DNA of 62,848 bases, counting the filler, from Trypethelium eluteriae (lineage: Eukaryota): assembly GCA_051942245.1 (NCBI GenBank). It is 2 parts of 2 records of this genome, joined end to end, with 100 filler letters (N's around TTAATTAATTAA, not from the genome) between each part and the next. Parts side by side here need not be neighbours in the genome. Positions count along the whole stretch, not along the records: positions 1 to 31,457 come from JAVECL010000274.1; 1 more part is not named here. The stretch is one strand, 5' to 3'. The notes beneath the pieces are model-generated. The model was not told the DNA's origin, ran no database searches, and worked only from the letters and a program-made list of their open reading frames with translations. The position numbers and the translations under genes are program-made. This document shows, in pieces, positions 1-11,041 of the stretch (position 1 is its first letter; each line of letters begins with the position of its first letter).

Positions 1-481
1 GCGCCCCCGTGCCCCTCTCCTCCGCCGGCTGAAAACACAGCACCACCGTCCCGCTCCACTCTCCGCGCACCCTAACCAGCAGCTCCGCAGCCGCCAGCAG
101 CGCCGTGACATGGACGTCATGCCCGCACGCGTGCATCACAGGCTTCTCGTTGCCCTCGGCGTCGCGCATACGGCGGCGGCTGGCGTAGGGGAGGCCCGTC
201 GCTTCTTCGACGGGCAGCGCATCCATGTCTGCGCGGAGGAGCACCGTTGGGCCGGAGGAGGAGGAGGAGCCATTCGAGAGGACGGCGGCGAGGCCGTGGC
301 CGCCGATGTGGGGGTGGATGGTGAAGGCGGGGGAGAGGGCGGCGAGGTGTGAGGAGATGGTGGCGGCGGTTTCGGATTCTTGGTTGGAGAGCTCGGGGTG
401 CGCGTGGAAGTGCTGGTAGAGGGTTTCGTAGGGGGCAAGGTCAGGGCGGTGGGAGGTGACGATTTGGGTGGGGGTTGGCAT
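1..481 (-). CDS. M20D-family amidohydrolase (hippurate hydrolase-like); 3' part runs off the window
   Basis: Manual translation from ATG 481 (absent from the ORF track because it has no stop in the window): MPTPTQIVTSHRPDLAPYETLYQHFHAHPELSNQESETA...GPTVLLRADMDALPVEEATGLPYAS...MHACGHDVHVTALL...FQPAEERGTGA. Contains the HPELS, RADMDALP, HACGHD and FQPAEE motifs. Confidence 0.93.
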   Translation of the reverse strand, partial: MPTPTQIVTSHRPDLAPYETLYQHFHAHPELSNQESETAATISSHLAALSPAFTIHPHIGGHGLAAVLSNGSSSSSGPTVLLRADMDALPVEEATGLPYASRRRMRDAEGNEKPVMHACGHDVHVTALLAAAELLVRVRGEWSGTVVLCFQPAEERGTGA

Positions 482-990
482 GGCTGAGAGTGTCCGAATT
501 ACTGTGGTCGAACTTGGTCAAGGGAGTGGTGCAACGCTGAACATCAGAAATGTGGCGGTAATAGTCTGTCTAGGAGGCGCTACGGGAAGAGTTCCTCGGT
601 GAATTAAATGCACCGGTGGCTCGGAAGTCGTCCCTACCTTCTTGGACTACGACGATAGCGAATTCTACGTTAGATACTCCTTGTGTTCTGAGCTCGGCTA
701 CCTACTTGATGTCCCAAAAAAAACAACTTTTTATCATCACGCTGATCCAATCAACTCGGGAGGAGTGTCTAGTGCTAGCTTAGAGGAAGCATCTACAGCT
801 TGCTGACGGCACTTCTCAACGAGCCATCCATCGAGCCATGCTTCGACCCAGTCCTCCCATGCATGCAGCAGGGACGTAGCTTGCGTCGGATGCGAAATGA
901 TATGTTCGCCAGTTCAACAATTGTCTGTTATCCAATCAATGCAAGGGCTGTACGTACGAGCACGATATCCTCGGGATGAGTACCTAGTTA

Positions 991-1865
991 TCAACAACAC
1001 TCTTCTAAAGCTCGGAACGCTTGTTTGAGTGGAGAAATGGGGAATTTGTGAACAAGACGAGGTGCAGTGACTTCCTCCTCTAAATAAAGTTGGATAACTG
1101 CTTCGAGGGTTTTGCATGTGAGAGCAGGGCAATCATTTGAGACATGGGCCAGGTCAAGAGCAGCAAAGCTCACATTCCTGGCAGTCCTGTCAGATATTGT
1201 GACGTAACCAAAAAGAACCACAAGGTTCGTTCCTTTTGGTTCAATAAGTCCCGACATGGGGAGATTCAAATTCGCTTTGATGTCCATCTTGCCGATTTCA
1301 ATAAATCGACCGGAGGGCTAACACATTCCCATTAAGCGACCAAACTTTCTCCGGAAAAGCAATTTACAATCAAATCCGCGCCATGGTTCTCGCTCATCTA
1401 CATTACAGATGCAGCAAACATAATGTGGCGACTGTAAAATATATGTTTTGAAGGAACACCAAAGTCTTCCAATAGCGTTCTCTTCTTCTCAAGGGAGCCA
1501 ACCGTGGCAAAAACTTCGGCGCCTACAATCTGGGCCATCTGATTGGCCATCTGGCCTGTTTCCCCAGCACCGGCATGGATCAGAACTCGCTCGTTCTCTT
1601 GAAGGTGAGCCAGCTCAACAAGACTGTAGTATGCAGTGATACCAACCCCAGCAATGGCAGAGGCGTCGTCTGAGGTGACATTATCCAGTATTTTCAGTAC
1701 TCGACTCTTGTCTGATCGCGTCAAGGACCGAAAGCTGCCCACTTCAGCCATGACCACTCTATCTCCGGACTGAAGCTCATGACACTTCGAACCAGTCACT
1801 GTGATATAGCCCACACATTCATACCCCAGGACAGTCTCATCCAGTCGACCAAGGGCGATGAAAAC
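991..1865 (-). pseudogene. Relic of the enoyl-reductase (ER) domain of a highly reducing PKS
   Basis: VFIALGRLDETVLGYECVG...TAYYSLVELAHLQENERVLIHAGAGETGQ...HIFYSR, then in-frame TAG (1398-1400), TAA (~1332), a frameshift (~1305), then GRFIEIGKMD...RNVSFAALDL...QAFRALE. No KS, AT, DH, KR or ACP sequence recognised nearby. Confidence 0.88.
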
Positions 1866-2122
1866 CTACACCAGTAATACAGTACATAGAGTAGTTCTTT
1901 GCCTATTTCGAATTTTTGCGTTACATACCTAAGCACGCAGACAGCCACTGTGATGGGCAACTGTTCGCCCCCAACTAATAATGCTGGCTCTTTTCTGTCA
2001 CTTTACATCTTTCGAGCGTGACCTTGGAGACTTCAACTCCAGAATCACTGAGATAAGCTCACGAAGTCAGGGCCAATATCTTTACTTTCTCTATCTCTCA
2101 GTTGTTCAATCTAGTCTTAAAT

Positions 2123-2890
2123 ATGCGTGTTCTCTGCTTCTACGGATGGGACAGCAACGGAAAGACTTTCAAATTACAGACTGGTAAGCTACAAACGGGA
2201 CTATCTTATAGTTAACTGAACAGGCCAGGTTCGTCATGCTTTGGGCGGCGGTTATGAGTACGTTTTCATTAACGGGCCGATTGGCAACTTGCCCACGCCT
2301 AGTAAGTTTCATATGTGGGACTACAAGAAAGCTCTGACTTAGTGTCGTTAGGAATCAAGCAACTGACAGGCCCTGGAGATACATTCTATCATTGGATCAA
2401 AGATAATGGTCTTGAATGCCGTATAACCCTCTCAATACAAATGGTAGAACTTATCAGTCAGGAAGGTCCCTTTGACGGCATTATTGGGTTCTCAGAAGGT
2501 GCCTCCGTCTCTGCGCTCCTTCTGCTATACAGAAATCACTCGGGATAACTCCAACAGTCAACTTCTCTCAAATTCAAACGTGGAATTTTGTTCTCGGGGA
2601 GGCCGAAAGACAGCCCAGCGGCACTGCTGAAGGAAGAGACAATGGGAGCGATAGCACACGGCGACAATGATCTATACAATCTGCCTGCAGCTCACATATG
2701 GGGCGAGTTGGACTATGAGTACTCGGGAACGGGAATCGCTCTCAGCTCCATGTGAGAGGAAAACCTAAAAGAGGAAGCCGTTCACAAACTCAGGCACGAG
2801 ATCCTAGGAGCAAAGTCCGATGACGGAACTAGCGAGATCATTCGAGCCATTCGAAGGACGATAGAGAAAGCTCGGAGTGCTTCGTCGTAA
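2123..2890 (+). pseudogene. FSH1/DUF341 serine hydrolase (LovG-like esterase) pseudogene
   Basis: Exon 1 reads MRVLCFYGWDSNGKTFKLQT; GT-AG introns at ~2184-2223 and ~2302-2351; nucleophile motif EGPFDGIIGFSEGA; HIWGELD and H..HEI motifs. In-frame stops TAA 2546-2548 and TGA 2753-2755. Confidence 0.85.
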
Positions 2891-3603
2891 ACCTCTGGTT
2901 GATGAGGGAGACTGGGGGCTAAGCAAGCTATCAGCTGCATGCAGATGCTCACTGCTTTATGAATATTATGGCAGGGCATAGTCGTATATTGTGCCGTTAA
3001 TCGCGCGATTAAGTAGCTCAAGGCCGTGACAGTCTGCATCTCCAATGTGAGAATGGGCCCCAAATCCAATGAACAATTATGGAACGGGGAAGCAAGATAT
3101 AGACTTTAGGCAGCAATCAAAATATCATCAAGATTTGCGGTACATTTTCGGCTGCTCCGGCATGACTGCAGATGGTCCATCCAGTCGGAAGCCCAGTACT
3201 GCATAGGTCCTGAACGGCGCTGAGTGGATGATGGAGCTGTCACCACCTCTGGGGGTGTTGTCGAATTTTGCATGCATGATGCAGGGATGAAGCGCGAGGT
3301 CGACTATCTACATTAGGTATAGTCTACTCTCCTCCTAAGCCTCAAGCAGCGTGATGCATCCGCCAGCTGTAATCCGTCTAACGATCCTATTGAGGAATGC
3401 CTCGCATTTGCAGTCTGAAGCTCGCTGAAGCCACCGTTGTATAGCTACAACAGAAATGGTTTCCAAAGGAGATATTCCAACTTATAAACGATGCCCATGT
3501 CCGGTGTCGAGAAGCGAGGTAGCTATCTCCTACATCCTTCATCACACGCCACATCTTTCGCAGCCATCTAGTCGTCTAGTTATATCTGAGTTCTGTCGAC
3601 AAC

Positions 3604-4902
3604 GTGACTTCCCAACTCACACCTGATCAACTACTTGTCCTCCTCAATGGACCGGCACTAGAACCGCCGGCCGGCGTTATACCAAATTTTGCACATCCTC
3701 CCAATCAGGACGCACTTTATCGGGCCATAATAGTCATCTGTCTGAGTCTTTCCGTGATATTTGTCAGTCTGAGGATGTATCACAAGCTACTAACGAAGAG
3801 AATGTATTTGGAAGACTGTACGTGGATGACCTCAAGGCAGAAAAGCTCGTGCTAATGACACTGTCAGTTGGAATCATTTTATCGGTGGTCTATCTTACCT
3901 GACCTCTGTAATCACTCGCACTACTAATACGAGCTGTTAAAGGGGCTGTTTGTTGGCATATGTATGATTGTGCTTGTCGCGCTCAACAAAATATATTTGT
4001 TCGTCCACCAGTGGGACATGCAGCTTAAGGAATTATCTTACACTCTCAAGGTAGATTACTCTCCATACTGTAAAGTCTATTCTACTGAGATGATTAGATT
4101 CTCTACGTCGTGATCTTGCTCTACGCGGTGTTGATGTTGCTTCTGAAGCCGTGCATTTTGCTGGACTGGATTCGCATATTTGTCCCCATGGGTCAAAGAA
4201 CGGTATTCTTCTACACAGCTACAGCACTGATGGCCGCAAACATCATCTTCTATATCGTTGGGTTTTTCATTCAAGCCTTCCGATGCCATCCAGTCGAACA
4301 TATTTGGAATCTGTTAAGCCCCGGAACTTGCATCGACCATTTCCACTCTTTCATTGCCTCCAGTGTCATCAACGTAATACTGGACGTTGCCATACTCATT
4401 CTACCGCAAAGAGCCATATGGGATTTGAATATACCTACATCGAGAAAATTAAGCCTCTCTATAGTATTCCTTGTTGGTGTGATGTAAGTTCTCGAGAAAT
4501 CTGTTGACAGAGTTTTCACTAAATATAGACAGAGCCATCGTGGGGGCTATTGGGCGAGCATGGGCTGCAATACGGCTGAAACTTTCCGAAGATAATAGCT
4601 TCACTATCGCACAGCTTGCGTTATTCTCTTTAACTGAAATTACTGCAGGGCTCATGGTCGCTTGTATGCCATACGTTCCTAAGGTATTTGGTGAGATCCA
4701 ACAGTTTTTGATGCGGATCCGTAGTATCAGATCACTACCCTCGAGCAGCAAGAACAGCGACTCTACGGAACTCTCTGATAATCTCACTGCTTCTGGACAA
4801 CCTCTGGACTCCGAGCTGAAGACTTACGGGCGTCCACCGTCGACCTCGTCTACGAGAGACGGGCACCTCAACCCTCAGAGCGTTCCGACTTCCTGGGCGT
4901 GA
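3604..4902 (+). CDS. Rhodopsin-domain / PTH11-like (CFEM-less) integral membrane protein; begins at GTG, possibly a young pseudogene
   Basis: PALEPPAGVIPNFAHPP, LRMY..LED, HQWD, LKPCILL...RIF, CHPVEHIW, NVILDVAILILPQRAIWDL..SRKL, EITAGLMVACMP; four GT-AG introns; TATAAA at 3483; in-frame TAG at 3577 and no ATG before GTG 3604. Confidence 0.82.
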
Positions 4903-5750
4903 GAGGGTCTATGTTGAGGCTGAGCCTTCAGTTTTGATGTGGGTAGACCAAAAGAACAGATAACTCGACTCTCTCCAGACAACTGCAGGAAAAAACAATA
5001 CGCTGAAAATCTACGGCTGAAGCTAGGGGGATATAATGAGCCTTGACTTCCGGAGGTCATCTTAACCATTTCATCAGGCTCGCCGCTATCTATTATTTAT
5101 AGCTTCCATTGTCTTTTCCAGTAAGGAATCGATTGCAATCATATTCTCTTGACAGGTACATTAGGTGGCAGGACAGAAGTACTATTTCCATCGGAGCCTA
5201 AGGAGTTGGAAGTGCCGCCACAGTTAAAATGAGACACGCCTTCTTGTAAGGAATCAAACAAACGTACCGAAACGTTTCAGATCAGCAACGCACTGGGTCA
5301 GGAACCTTAGATCAGCTCGGAGTTTCGAATGGCTCAATTTGATCTGATTCCACGAACCACATGAGGTGAGAACAGTTTGTGTGGAGGTTAGGTCTTCAAG
5401 TACCACGATCCTCAGAAAGCGCTTGTAATGTAGGCAACAATGGGGCCAAAATGAAGTTCTATGAGTGTTCTGGTATTGAAACATAGCCCAAGCCTGATGT
5501 GACGTGACGTTCGACTTGAGCAAAGTCTCATTCTGCATTGGTTTGGCGCATTGTCAATTATTTCTAATAGCTTAGTAGAAAAAGCTTTGATATCTACGTT
5601 GAGTAAGCCTAGTAAACTGCTGACTTTAGGTTGCTTGGTATTTTTTAGCTGTCTCCGCTATAATAATAGTTAAGAACCCCAATATCCTCTATTCAATATC
5701 ACTTTCAACTGAACATACCTATTATCTTCTTTCCCGCCGAATCGCTTCTA

Positions 5751-6360
5751 GTGGACAGCCAGCAACAAGACCGCATCACTCCGAAGCCTCGAGAACAGCT
5801 AAGCCCAGAGCTGCAAAATGCTTGTGACCATTTTTTGGAGCTACTTTCGACGCTAAGAATGAAGAAGGCGGCCTTCTCGGGCCATTTGCAGCTCTCTTGC
5901 CCACTCCGGACTTAGTGAGACCATACATCGATTTCTCACGAAGGCTTGCCAAAATTCGGCATATATCCAATTCTGCTCGCGAGACCGTCATTCTTAGCAC
6001 AGGCGCGGTTTTTGGAGCATCATACGAACTCTACGCCCATACTCGGGTGGCGGAGGCAGCCACTACGTTAAGCAAAACACAGATTCGACTAGTGGCTGCG
6101 GGTGTCAAGCCGGAAGGCGAGCATTCCTTCTCTACTAACTGCGAAATTGCCCAAGACATGACAGCAAAACTATGCCGAGGTGCGGGGGGCAATTGTCGGA
6201 AATTGACTTTCTTACGGCGAAGAATGCATTTGGTGAGGAAGGTACCATGGCTTTGGTCAACTTAATTGGTGTCTACGCATACACTTGCATACTTCTGAAT
6301 GCAGTCAATGCCTCGGTACCAAAGACTGATGGATTTCTGGAGGATCAAAACGGGCAGTAG
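5751..6360 (+). pseudogene. Carboxymuconolactone decarboxylase / AhpD-like protein, frameshifted
   Basis: Three consecutive frames join into one protein: (V)DSQQQDRITPKPREQLSPELQNACDHF / FGATFDAKNEEGGLLGPFAALL...RETVILSTGAVFGASYELYAH... / GQLSEIDFLTAKNAFGEEGTMALVNLIGVYAYTCILLNA. No intron signals seen at the two frame switches. Confidence 0.78.
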
Positions 6361-7394
6361 AGTACTACTCAATTGATGGAGCTTCACTAGGAATAGACCA
6401 ATGGTATTCCTGATTCATGCAATTTATGATGTACAATGCGCAGTAAGATGATAACTTCCTGCAGTGGCGCGAGGTTGGGTTCTACAAGGCTGAGCGACAT
6501 GGTCAATTAAGTAGTCATGGTTGAAAAGCCGGTTTCAGTCTTGCTTGGGCGCGAATATCGATTCAATTATGCGCGAAGCTCCCATACTACAAATTCGGCG
6601 TGGTAGTATTTCCTTGCCTAAAGTCCATGTGCCGCAACGTCCATTTCCTGCGGCGTATACGCTAGAGTTACGGTAGAAAGCGACTCGGTTCAGCAAACGC
6701 GCTGCATTGGCCTCCGCACCTTCTCGACGCATCAACTTTTTATCTGTACGACTGATAAGTCAGGCAGCCAATATTAGGCGCAGCAGGCAGTCAATATTGA
6801 AATGCAGCGATCCAACGACGATGCCGGACAGTACAGTCTCATTGGCCTTCTGCATTATCTGCACCGTTTTCATTCGTCAAAATTGGGCATGCCGGCCCTC
6901 CGCAAACATCTAACAACCAGGCCCTCACGCCACTACAAACGGGGCAGTCGCATGACACGCACGAATCGGACGAGGCCGGAAAATCTGATGTCGTGTTGGA
7001 ATAAAAACTCATGGATGAGTTTCGGAGGGGAAGCAACAGCTGCAAAGGCAAAGTGTAAATACAAACCTCGAATCCGCCGACATACTTGATCAAGGTACTT
7101 ACTCATCAGGGACGAAGCTTAAAACCGTCAATGCATCCATGGAACAAGAGGGGTTAGCTTGTTACCTATTTGCAGCCAGGCAGACATGAGGTCATAGATC
7201 GATAAAATCCGTGAGAACCTACATGCCAGTAATTTAGCTCATCCTCGGCAAGCTCATTGCCCAGCACGCAAATCGGGACGGCATAAAAAGAAGAGTAACA
7301 AAGAAAGACGGAAGATCAGCAAAAAATACAATTGACTTCAAAATGTGTACAATTTTTACAGATCAACTATCGTAGCGTCAACGCCCTCCGCCAA

Positions 7395-7778
7395 TCACTC
7401 TTTCCAATTCTGTGTCATCAATACCCCTTCGCCCTTCTCGCCCACCGTCGCCTTGGCCATCGGTTCACCGCCCTCCACAGTCCTCAGCACTGCATTTTGC
7501 AGCACAAGGTGGATCTCGTTCTCCTCGTCATCCTCGACATAGGCGTCCGATGGCTTCTTCAGCGTCCAGGTCTGTTGGCCCTTGAAGGCGGTGTTCTGCT
7601 GTGCTAGCTGGATCTCGAGGTCATCGGCCCGCGGCTTGCCTTGTAGATGGATGCTGGTAAGGACGCAATCGTACTCGTTGTATTCGAGGCGGGTGATGCA
7701 GAAGGTGAGGTCGAGGCGTCCAGAGCCTTTGGTGGCTTTGTTGAGGGTGACCTCGACCACATTTTGGTCCGGCATCAT
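7395..7778 (-). CDS. Small (~127 aa) hypothetical protein, predicted beta-rich, no recognised family
   Basis: Intronless ORF MMPDQNVVEVTLNK...TQNWKE with strong C/G-ending codon bias and a TATATAAA box ~135 nt upstream. Confidence 0.7.
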   Translation of the reverse strand: MMPDQNVVEVTLNKATKGSGRLDLTFCITRLEYNEYDCVLTSIHLQGKPRADDLEIQLAQQNTAFKGQQTWTLKKPSDAYVEDDEENEIHLVLQNAVLRTVEGGEPMAKATVGEKGEGVLMTQNWKE

Positions 7779-7910
7779 CTGTGGTAGGTTGATTGGTGTT
7801 GAATGAGCTGTCAAGGCCTCGGAGAAGGATGATGATTGGATAAAAGAAGCTTGTGGATGAATCCGGAGATGGATCGACGGGCTGTAGGAAGTAGTATCAT
7901 GTTACACTTG

Positions 7911-7918
7911 TTTATATA
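7911..7918 (-). promoter_or_regulatory. TATA box of the 7395-7778 gene
   Basis: TATATAAA on the minus strand, followed by a pyrimidine-rich leader. Confidence 0.5.
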
Positions 7919-9289
7919 TGCCTCTCTCATCAATGCTCGTTCGCCTAAATTGAGCAAGGCCATTAGAGTAGATGCTGTTCAGCTCCAAAATGGCTTGCAC
8001 GCCGCATGCAAAATTGGACATGCAAAGCCGCATGGCATGCTTCAAAGTTTCTATTGGATTGTGCTTCTGGAATTGTAGTTGTTATAAGTCATGGACTTGC
8101 CTTCCGGTTCAGAAGGGGAAGGTCTAGGCAAGCAGAGCGGCTCTTTGACGAATAAGGTGAGCTTCAAAATAGACTAGCTTTGCAGCTGTGGCAACGCTGC
8201 CCCTTTTAGTCGATGCACCACCAATCTAATTAGCAGTCTTAAGGATTCTGTTCAACCAGGCTAGAAGAACGGCTGGTCCATGGCTCGTAGGCTTTTCACA
8301 CCGTCGAGAGTCAGTCACTCAATGATTGTCGGAGGCTGCGTACCTGAGTGGAGAACGCGTCGCTTGTCCGTTCATTAGTGATGTCCAGAAGGAATGGTGT
8401 GGCAATATCTAGTCAAGCCCAGCTAGGAACGGCTGAGAAAGGAAGTGTATGTGTAATTAGTTACCAGGCTAAATCATTCTCATTGGCATCTTGCTCAAGG
8501 TTTAATTTGACAGATGCGGATAGGGCTGGCTGAAATCCGACCGGGCCCGTCCACCGGTCCGCAAGACGCCACCACCCCACGGTGCCACCACGCATGCCGC
8601 GTGGTTGTGGCCATGGACTAACGACTGATGCGCTCTATTACTTGATGGTGAGAGCCTAAGTCTCTTTTTGTCATCGGGCGTGGCTATTCATGGGTGTTCG
8701 CTTCGTCTACTCACCCCAGAATGGATGGCAGGAAAATATTTCTTCCCCAATGCAGTACATCGCCTGTCCACTCGAAGACGAAGCTCACGCCACCAAAAAT
8801 CCCTGGGTCCTCACTCTGACGATCTCGAGAGCCTCTCTTCGCAAGCCAAGTCGTCGGTGGCTGTTCAGAATTCCACGGCCCCGCTGGCAGACGCGCTCAT
8901 CAAATACTTGTTGGAATGCAAGATCTTCGAGGTCACCTTCCAACTTGGACGAAAAGGAAGCCGACTTAGTCGCCCGGTCGCTATCGCTGCAAGACGTGGA
9001 AAAGCTCAGAGAGACCAGACCCATGGAATTTGGAAATAGCTTGCGTTGAAATGCATGTGATCGAGTTCGGCAAATCGCAATTTGTATCGAAGGAGTTGAT
9101 ACGCCGCACTGTTCTATACTTCAAAATCTATCGGGTGAACAAGTTGCACATCCTCTTGGTTGTTGCAAGTATGTCTGCTCTTAACACTGGGGAGGACACA
9201 ATCAAGCCGGAAAAAGAATCGCATCGAAACCACTGCATTGCAAGTGTCGTTCCGCTTGGATTGCGTTTTCATTGACAAGCTCCCATTTC

Positions 9290-11041
9290 TTAGGCTTCAC
9301 TGGGCATCGAACCGAGCTTAAACCCGCCTACACATCCCTTTTGAAACAACCCTCCCGGATCATACTTCCTCGCCACCTCCCGCAAGAACCGCAAATTCTC
9401 CTCTCCATACCCTTCCAACGGCTTCTGCCACTCTCCGCAATAGTTCAGGTACCGATACCGATGACCCGTGTTCTTCGCCGTCGCTGTAGCCTCGATCTGC
9501 TCCACAGCTTGTCGCGTCGTCGCTGCGACGAACTCGTCATCCTGCCGTTCCGCCCAGTTGACCGTGAAACTCACGATCACGAGCGGCTCATCCGTTCCGT
9601 CGTTCTGCAGACCGAGCGGATTCGGATCCCCTTTGCGAAACCACTCCGGAAGTAGCGGCTGCAGGACGAGCGTCCACGACATGCCCTTGATGTTCTTGCG
9701 ACGTATTGAGGCAATGGCGTCACGATAAGCGCAGTGTGCAGCGGCGAGGGTCGCGGGGTCGTTCTTGATGGTTGTGGTGCCAAATGCTTGGCGTCTTCCT
9801 GGCGGGTTGAGCGCGTTTAATTCGTCGGTTGCGCTCGTTAGGGTCCGGACTTTGCAGGTGCTCCAGAGACGCCAGAGGGATCGGAAGGAAGAGGTTCTCC
9901 AGCAGACTGGCCATTTTTTCCCGTCCTCTGGAGTGTTGGTGTAGACGAGGTTCACGGCGACGGCTTCGATGCCGAGTTGTTGGAGATAGGTAAAGCAGGC
10001 AATAGGACCGGCGGCTTGACTATCATACCTGATGCTATGATCGCCAGAATTCGCTCTGTTGACGAACTCATGGAAAGCTGCGAGGACTTTTGTGGCTTGG
10101 AAAGCTGGCAGATAAAGGAAGCCGCTCCATATTTTGGCGCAACGAAAGCTACGAGCGGTAATACGCGTGACAATGCCAAAGTTGTTGGAGCCGCCTTTGA
10201 GGGCCTGCCAGAGGTCAGAGTTGGTTGTTGCAGAGGCCGTGGCGACGCAGCCAGATGCAAGCACAACTTCGTAGCTGATAATGTTGGAGCATACAAGCCC
10301 AAAGCGGGGCGAGAAGAATGAGAGGCCGCCTTTTGGGAGTCTTGTTAGCGCCAATACTGTGTTGGCGAGGGTCTAGGAGTTCGAAGGTAGATAGAGGCGA
10401 AGTAAAAGCTCACCTCCTAAGGTCAACCCGCCCACTCCAACAGCAGAGCTCCTACCTCCAGTGACAGCAAGACCCTTCTCGTCCAAGATCTTAGAAACGT
10501 TCACCCACTTAGCACCAGCACCAATTACTACGCTCGATCCATCTTCGGAGGGTGTCACTTCATGGAAGAGGCTAAGATCAATCAGAACACCGCCCCGGAT
10601 GCTGGCAGCACCGGAAACCGGGGAATGGCCGCCGCTACGGATAGCAAACATCCCCTCGACCTTTTCCTTCTCCCTGCTGTCTTTCTTCCCTCGTTCGTCA
10701 TACTCGCTCTTGAGGATGTGGACAGCAGTGCAGAGCTGCTGAACGTCCCGAGGCCGAACGATGCACGCCGGGATCACTTCGCACTCCTGCTGGGCCCAGT
10801 AGGAATTCACGGACTGCTCGAACGCAGCGGCATCGTGGGGAAAAATGATGCTGTCAGGTAATGCCGATGCTAGGCTATTGCCGAGTAGCACAGTAGACTC
10901 TGTTGAGTTGCTCGCAAGGTCTGTGCGATTGGGTCTTTTGGCACCTCGTAATACTGATCGTACATAATGTAATATGTAGTTGGAGGCGATGATCAATAGG
11001 AGCGTCGCTGTGGCAGATATAGAAAGCAGCTGAAAGGTCAT
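9290..11041 (-). CDS. FAD-binding PCMH-type (berberine-bridge-enzyme-like) oxidoreductase with hydrophobic N-terminus
   Basis: PACIVRP, FAIRSGGHSP (flavinylation His), VGVGGLTLGG|GLSFFSPRFG, LWQALKGGSNNFGIVT, YLNY, KYDPGGLFQK..GGFKL; one intron at 10330-10413. Confidence 0.93.

Noticed and set aside
110..438. Three short ORFs in the track (80, 100 and 64 aa)
   Set aside because: Shadow frames of the GC-rich M20 amidohydrolase on the minus strand.
1330..2755. In-frame stops as A-to-I editing or readthrough sites
   Set aside because: Mixed TAG/TAA/TGA stops, not at expected Trp positions, and accompanied by frameshifts; ordinary decay is simpler.
5550..5710. AT/TA-rich patch suggesting a RIP-mutated transposon
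   Set aside because: Too short, with no recognisable terminal repeats or transposase remnant.
6780..7110. Coding-like fragments in several frames
   Set aside because: No recognisable motif or consistent gene model.
8668..9049. Two overlapping ORFs that might join by frameshift into a gene relic
   Set aside because: No family recognised; cannot be supported without a homology search.
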